Positions 35,101-39,441 of a DNA stretch of 39,441 nt are shown piece after piece; position 1 is the first letter of the stretch, and every line of letters begins with the position of its first letter. The notes beneath the pieces are model-generated. The model was not told where the DNA came from. It saw nothing but the letters and a program-made list of their open reading frames with translations, and made no database searches. The stretch spans positions 1 through 39,441 of the forward strand of contig JALUTE010000080.1 in assembly GCA_027058255.1 (NCBI GenBank), written 5' to 3'. Source of the stretch: Methyloligella sp. (GTDB lineage: Bacteria > Pseudomonadota > Alphaproteobacteria > Rhizobiales > JALUTE01). Both the position numbers and the translations under genes were made by a program.

Positions 35101-36105
35101 ATGTATCTCGTAACATCGCGTCCACGAACCCGACGCCTGCTCGCCGCAGGCTTTGCCATCGCCGCCGCCGGGCTGCTCGCCTCGTGCAGCGGCGGCGAGG
35201 TGCCGCCACATCTGCGTCCGCTCTCCAAGGATGCCATGCACTTGCTCGGCAAGAAGGGCATGGACCCGCGCGCGCCCATTCTCGTGCGCATCTTCAAGGA
35301 GGAGTCGGAGCTCGAGGTGTGGAAGGCGCGCTCGGACGGCCGGTTCTACCATTTTCGAACCTATCCCATATGCAACTGGTCGGGAGGGCTCGGGCCGAAG
35401 ATTCGCCAGGGCGACAAGCAGTCGCCGGAGGGCTTCTATCAGGTGACCCGCGCGCAGCTCAACCCGAAGTCGAAATACCACCTCTCATATAATCTGGGCT
35501 ATCCGAACGCTCTCGACCGGGCCTATGGCCGAACCGGCGACTTCCTCATGGTGCACGGGGACTGCCGCTCGGCCGGGTGCTACGCCATGACGGATGCCCT
35601 GGTGGAGGAGCTCTACGCCCTCGCGCGCGAGGCCTTCAATGGCGGCCAGAAGGCGTTCCAGGTGCATGCCTTCCCCTTCCGCATGACGGAGGAGAACATG
35701 CGCCGGCACAGGCGCAGCAAGTGGTATCCCTTCTGGCGCCAGCTCAAGGAGGGCTATGACGCGTTCGAGAAGACCCGCCTGCCGGTCAAGGTGGCGGTGT
35801 GCGAGCGGCGCTACCTCATCAATGTGCGTTTCCTGAATGGCGGACCGGTGGACCCCTCCGGCCCCTGTCCCGCCTATGAGCGCGAGACGCCCCGGCTCTG
35901 GGCAGGCGACGTGCCGGCGGTCACGGCCAGTGTCGAGGATGGCTCCATCATTCCCGGGCCGAAATTGCGCACGGCCGAGAATGGGCGACTGCGCCCCTAC
36001 CGCCGCCCCTCCACCGGCTTTGGCCTGTTGCGCATTCCGCGCGGCTTGAGCGGGCTTGGCGGGCCGCGCCCTTCCATCGCGCGGGGCCTCGGCTTTTCAG
36101 ACTAG
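35101..36105 (+). CDS. YkuD-type L,D-transpeptidase family lipoprotein (YafK-like)
   Basis: Lies within ORF 35068..36105, with the preferred start at ATG 35101. The lipobox-like leader is LLASCSG. The catalytic motif is MVHGDCRSAGCYAM (His...Cys). Confidence 0.85.
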   Translation: MYLVTSRPRTRRLLAAGFAIAAAGLLASCSGGEVPPHLRPLSKDAMHLLGKKGMDPRAPILVRIFKEESELEVWKARSDGRFYHFRTYPICNWSGGLGPKIRQGDKQSPEGFYQVTRAQLNPKSKYHLSYNLGYPNALDRAYGRTGDFLMVHGDCRSAGCYAMTDALVEELYALAREAFNGGQKAFQVHAFPFRMTEENMRRHRRSKWYPFWRQLKEGYDAFEKTRLPVKVAVCERRYLINVRFLNGGPVDPSGPCPAYERETPRLWAGDVPAVTASVEDGSIIPGPKLRTAENGRLRPYRRPSTGFGLLRIPRGLSGLGGPRPSIARGLGFSD

Positions 36106-36248
36106 AGCGTCGTCCGGGAAGAGGGGCTGACCGCGCGCCATGCCATTCCTCCACAGGTGGCGCAGCGCAAAGCATCTCCGGGACGACGGCAGGCGGCGCG
36201 GGGCCTCGTCCCCTTGTGCCGCCTCTGTCGCGCGCGCATGATTGCCCG

Positions 36249-36854
36249 TCACAGCCAGGGGCGGGCGGCCGCCGCCTTGCGCTCATAGGCCTCGATGCGG
36301 TCCTGCTTCTCGAGCGTGAGGCCGATATCGTCCAGCCCCTCGAGCAGGCAGTGCTTGCGGAACGGGTCGATGTCGAACCGGATGACGCCGCCATCGGGTC
36401 CGCGAATCTCCTGGGCCTCGAGGTCGATGGTCACGGTGGCATTGGCGCCGCGCTCGGCATCGTCCATCAGCTTGTCCACGTCCTCTTGCGGCAGAACGAT
36501 CGGCAGAATGCCGTTCTTGAAGCAATTGTTGTAGAAAATGTCCGCGAAGGACGGGGCGATCACGCAGCGAATGCCGAAATCCAAGAGCGCCCAGGGGGCA
36601 TGCTCGCGACTTGAGCCGCAGCCGAAATTCTCGCCCGTCACCAGGATGCGCGCATGGCGATAGGCGGGCTTGTTGAGCACGAAATCCGGCCGTTCCTCGC
36701 CCGCCTCGTCATAGCGCATCTCGAAGAAGAGATGCTTGCCAAGCCCGGTGCGCCGGATGGTCTTGAGGAACTGTTTGGGGATGATCATGTCGGTGTCGAC
36801 ATTGATCATGGGCAGCGGTGCCGCCACCCCCGTCAGGGTCGTGAATTTTTCCAT
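36249..36854 (-). CDS. leuD: 3-isopropylmalate dehydratase small subunit
   Basis: 201 aa reading [31 protein letters not shown]...[17 protein letters not shown], a textbook LeuD. Confidence 0.95.
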   Translation of the reverse strand: MEKFTTLTGVAAPLPMINVDTDMIIPKQFLKTIRRTGLGKHLFFEMRYDEAGEERPDFVLNKPAYRHARILVTGENFGCGSSREHAPWALLDFGIRCVIAPSFADIFYNNCFKNGILPIVLPQEDVDKLMDDAERGANATVTIDLEAQEIRGPDGGVIRFDIDPFRKHCLLEGLDDIGLTLEKQDRIEAYERKAAAARPWL

Positions 36855-36866
36855 GGGGCTCGTGCT

Positions 36867-37400
36867 CTATTCTACCTTCTTGGAGCCGTAGCAGCGCCGC
36901 ATCTGGGCGCAGCGATGAGGGCCGGCCAGATGCATGGCATCGCCCCGGGCCGGCGAGATGAAATTGCAAATCTGCTCCAGGCCCGAGGGTTTGAGCCAGC
37001 CTTGGCGACGGCCGCGTTGCACGGCGAAGCAGTCGGCGGTCTCCTCGTCCGGGCCGCGGAACTGATGCGCGCATTCATGGGCATAGATCCACAGCTTGAC
37101 CGCGTCGGGCACGCGCGAGATCAGGCGAGGATTCATGATCAGGAAACCCGGATAAGCGGCTCCGTAATCGTCGAGCTGATTGTCGATGACCGTCGGCCGC
37201 CTGCCGCACCAGACCTTGCGACCGGCAACGTGAAACTGTCCGGGCGGCACGATATGGGCGCCGCCGCCGACCTGGCGGACATACTCCTCCGCGGTGGGTT
37301 GGGCCGAGGCGGGCGCCGCCGGCATCGAAAGCGCGGTGAGGAGAGCGGCTGTGAATGCAAGCGCGCTCGGCGCGCCGATCGACGACCAGGTTGTGCGCAT
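36867..37400 (-). CDS. secreted Cys-containing protein with HExxH motif (putative small metallopeptidase-like)
   Basis: Starts at ATG 37400 inside ORF 36867..37514. The signal peptide is MRTTWSSIGAPSALAFTAALLTALSMPAAPASAQ. It has an HECAH motif and five Cys residues, and ends 12 nt before the leuD start. Confidence 0.62.
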   Translation of the reverse strand: MRTTWSSIGAPSALAFTAALLTALSMPAAPASAQPTAEEYVRQVGGGAHIVPPGQFHVAGRKVWCGRRPTVIDNQLDDYGAAYPGFLIMNPRLISRVPDAVKLWIYAHECAHQFRGPDEETADCFAVQRGRRQGWLKPSGLEQICNFISPARGDAMHLAGPHRCAQMRRCYGSKKVE

Positions 37401-37528
37401 CGTGTCCCCTTCTCTCGGCGGCCTGTCCGCGACGATGGCATGGACGCGCCGGCGCGAATGCGGCGCGGCGCGACCGCTCGGGTGCATTCTCCTTTGCGCG
37501 GGAGCGAATCGCAAGACCCGAGGCCATC

Positions 37529-37554
37529 TTTAGCGCGCAAGTTTAGCGCGCAAG
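37529..37554. repeat. perfect tandem duplication of a 13-mer
   Basis: TTTAGCGCGCAAG occurs twice (37529-41 and 37542-54). On the minus strand it reads CTTGCGCGCTAAA-CTTGCGCGCTAAAG, giving a CTTGCG -35-like element and a TAAAGA -10-like element 16 nt apart. It lies about 130 nt upstream of the HExxH gene. Confidence 0.85.
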
Positions 37555-37558
37555 CGTG

Positions 37559-37586
37559 AAAAAAAGCTCCTGCCAGCGGCAGCGCT
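37559..37586 (-). terminator. candidate rho-independent terminator (minus strand)
   Basis: The minus strand reads AGC-G-CUGCC-GCU-GGCAG-GA-GCU followed by a run of U (7 U in total). It is an imperfect 8-bp stem with a small internal loop. It is immediately preceded by a strong hairpin, GGAACGGG-N18-CCCGUUCC. Confidence 0.45.
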
Positions 37587-37795
37587 CCATCGGGAACGGG
37601 CGCGCCGCGCCCACGCATCCCGTTCCTGTGACGCTTCTCCCCCTTCCCACGCCACATCGTTTACCATATGATCCGCATATCAGCGGATGCGCATATCCTG
37701 AAACGGGATGGGGTGCGCGCTCGCGCCTTTCGGGGGCGAACCGGCCGCCCGAGCGCCGTTGATGACAGTCGCAGCGTCTTAGGAGGGTACTATAG

Positions 37796-38161
37796 ATGAG
37801 GAAACTCCCGATCGTTCTTGGCCTTTTCGTGGCTGCCTTCACCTTCATGTCCATTGCGCCGGCCATGGCCAACCCGTCCGGCATGTGGAAGCGCAAGGGC
37901 AACACGGTCGTCAAGGTGTCGATCAGCGGTGGCAAGCTCTACTGCAAGATCGTCAAGGGTTCTCCAAATGGCTTCGAGATGTGCCACGGCATGGTCAAGA
38001 AGGGCGGCGTTTGGAAGGGCGGCAACATGAAGCATCCGTCCATGCCCGGCTTCATGACCTTCAACGGCACGGTCCGGGTCTCCGGCAACAAGCTGAACAT
38101 CAAGGGGTGCGCCATCGGCCAGTCCTTCTGTGATGCCGAGACCTGGGTCCGCATGAAGTGA
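37796..38161 (+). CDS. secreted DUF2147-like protein
   Basis: 121 aa with a strong SD (TAGGAGGG). The signal peptide is MRKLPIVLGLFVAAFTFMSIAPAMA. The sequence GMWKRKGNTVVKVSISGGKLYCKIV...GCAIGQSFCDAETWVR fits my memory of DUF2147. Confidence 0.78.
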   Translation: MRKLPIVLGLFVAAFTFMSIAPAMANPSGMWKRKGNTVVKVSISGGKLYCKIVKGSPNGFEMCHGMVKKGGVWKGGNMKHPSMPGFMTFNGTVRVSGNKLNIKGCAIGQSFCDAETWVRMK

Positions 38162-38258
38162 TTTTCGCGCCTGCAGTCCGGCCTGAATGCGCCGGGATGC
38201 GCGCGATTCCACACGATGAACGCACCCGGCTGCCTGGGCCGCCGGGTGCGTTCGTTCC

Positions 38259-39152
38259 TTATGAGGACGCATTTGCTGCGAGCCGTGCTTTCTCCAGGGT
38301 GCGGCGTGCGCGAAGCAGGTGCGGCCGGTCCAGCATCACCCCGTCGAGCCCGACCACGGCGGCGCCGGGGGCCTTCTCGAAGGCCGCGAGGATGGCCTTC
38401 GCCCGGGCGATGTCCTCCTCCCCCGGCGTGAACGCGGCGTTGATGATCGGCACCTGGGCCGGATGAATGGCCATCTTGCCATCGAAGCCGTCGCGGGCCG
38501 CCGCCTCGGCCTCCTCGGCCAGCCCCTCCATGTCGCGATAGTCCACGAACACGGCGTCGATCGCCTCCACCTCACAGGCCGCCGCCGTGATCAGGCAGAG
38601 ATCGCGGGCGAGCACATAGGGCGAGGTGTAGGTGCCGTCCTCGCCCCGGTTGGCCCGCGCACCGAGGGCGAGGCTCAGATCCTCCCCGCCCCAGGCCAGG
38701 CCCGCGAGCCGGCGGCTCGCGCCCACATAGCTCTCCATGCGCAAGAGCGAGACCGGAGCCTCGGTGACGAGGGCGAGAAGCCGCGTCTGCCCGAGTGACA
38801 GGCCGGAGCGGGCCTCGATGCGCCCGAGGGCCGCATCCAGGGTCGCAAGATCGCCGCCGCCGCGTGTCTTCGGCACCAGGAGGCCAGCGGGCCGGCCGGG
38901 GACCACGCGCTCCACATCTGTCTCCCATTCAGGGGTATCGAGGCCATTGATGCGCACGTAGAGCGCGGGAGCACCCTTTCCCCAGCCCTCGCAATGCGCG
39001 GCGAGAAACTCCGCCGCGATCGCGCGCGCGGCCTCCTTGCGCTCTGGCGCAACCGAGTCCTCGAGGTCGATCAGGAGCGCGTCGGCGCCTGCGCCATACG
39101 CCTTCTCGAGCTTGTGCGGAACGTCGCCCGGAGTGAACAGGAGCGAGCGCAT
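38259..39152 (-). CDS. HpcH/HpaI aldolase / citrate lyase beta (CitE)-like acyl-CoA lyase
   Basis: 297 aa reading MRSLLFTPGD...ADALLIDLEDSVAPERK...DGKMAIHPAQV, the CitE/malyl-CoA lyase-like family. Confidence 0.87.
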   Translation of the reverse strand: MRSLLFTPGDVPHKLEKAYGAGADALLIDLEDSVAPERKEAARAIAAEFLAAHCEGWGKGAPALYVRINGLDTPEWETDVERVVPGRPAGLLVPKTRGGGDLATLDAALGRIEARSGLSLGQTRLLALVTEAPVSLLRMESYVGASRRLAGLAWGGEDLSLALGARANRGEDGTYTSPYVLARDLCLITAAACEVEAIDAVFVDYRDMEGLAEEAEAAARDGFDGKMAIHPAQVPIINAAFTPGEEDIARAKAILAAFEKAPGAAVVGLDGVMLDRPHLLRARRTLEKARLAANASS

Positions 39153-39157
39153 CGGTC

Positions 39158-39441
39158 CTATGCCTCTTCCCGGGGCCGCCGTCGCATGAACGCCTGTCGC
39201 CGGCAGACCGCAACCAGCGTGCCGTCCTGCTTGAACGCCTTGTGCTCGAACTCCACGATGCCGGCATCGGGCCGCGAGCGGCTTTCACGAACCGCCATCA
39301 CTTGCGTGGTCACATGCACCGTGTCGCCCTGGAAGAGGGGGGCCGGAAAGCGCACCTCGGTCATGCCGAGATTGGCGATGGTGGTGCCGAGGGTGGTGTC
39401 GTTCACCGAGATGCCGATCATCAGGCCGAGCGTGAAGAGGC
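39158..39441 (-). CDS. MaoC-like (R)-hydratase domain protein (5' end outside window)
   Basis: The listed ORF 39158..39421 stays open upstream to the window edge (...LFTLGLMIGISVNDTTLGT...). The hot-dog fold motif is VRFPAPLFQGDTVHV. It ends 5 nt before the CitE-like gene. Confidence 0.85.
   Translation of the reverse strand, partial: LFTLGLMIGISVNDTTLGTTIANLGMTEVRFPAPLFQGDTVHVTTQVMAVRESRSRPDAGIVEFEHKAFKQDGTLVAVCRRQAFMRRRPREEA

Noticed and set aside
36097-36141. 14-codon minus-strand mini-ORF (MARGQPLFPDDALV) with a strong GGAGGAA SD, downstream of leuD.
   Set aside because: It overlaps the 3' end of the transpeptidase gene. It is most simply the complement of the CCUCC hairpin loop, and it is too short to evaluate.
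1-39441. I looked for CRISPR arrays, tRNA/rRNA/tmRNA/RNase P/SRP RNA signatures, IS elements, toxin-antitoxin pairs and known defence-system genes.
   Set aside because: No spaced repeat arrays were found. There is no GGTTCGAATCC-type T-loop context, no conserved SRP/RNase P/tmRNA motifs, and no transposase, integrase, nuclease-helicase or TA-like small gene pairs. By eye only, so weak or degenerate elements could have been missed.

Overview
This is a 39.4-kb, very GC-rich chromosomal segment; third codon positions are almost all G/C. Gene content and synteny fit an alphaproteobacterium of the Rhizobiales/Hyphomicrobiales type: lptC-lptA-lptB-rpoN, bolA / J-protein / cobS-cobT, xerD-accA, aroK-aroB, and a MoxR-DUF58 envelope operon. 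I call about 40 protein-coding genes, two of them cut by the window edges. I found no rRNA, tRNA, CRISPR array, transposase or prophage. Many long ORFs in the supplied track (e.g. 872..4063+, 13521..16358-, 19921..21894-, 28302..30272-) are antisense or out-of-frame artefacts of high GC. Several listed ORFs needed their starts trimmed to internal ATGs. Most of the window is housekeeping. Six things deserve a second look. (1) A three-gene membrane redox module at 22145-25321 combines an FdnI-type cytochrome b, a NarI/DsrM-type cytochrome b and an HdrD/DsrK-type Fe-S/CCG protein. No catalytic partner is in the window, and a perfect FNR/FixK box with class-II promoter geometry lies upstream. (2) Two orphan minus-strand intrinsic terminators sit at the only two A7/T7 runs in the window, each closing a structured intergenic region that has no CDS. 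One (25366-25500) carries CCUCC-rich loops like alpha-r14/NfeR1-type rhizobial sRNAs; the other (37559-37795) has mutually exclusive helices. (3) A BacNaV-family voltage-gated channel has the selectivity filter TLEGWPD, with a CaV-like glycine. (4) A perfect AT-rich 9-4-9 palindrome overlaps divergent promoter-like hexamers upstream of a translationally coupled DUF302-DUF123 pair. (5) The MoxR-DUF58-vWA membrane operon is only partly understood. (6) cobS-cobT lie beside bolA and a J-protein with no cobN or other cob genes in view. All family calls come from reading the translations and from memory of motifs; no database search was possible.
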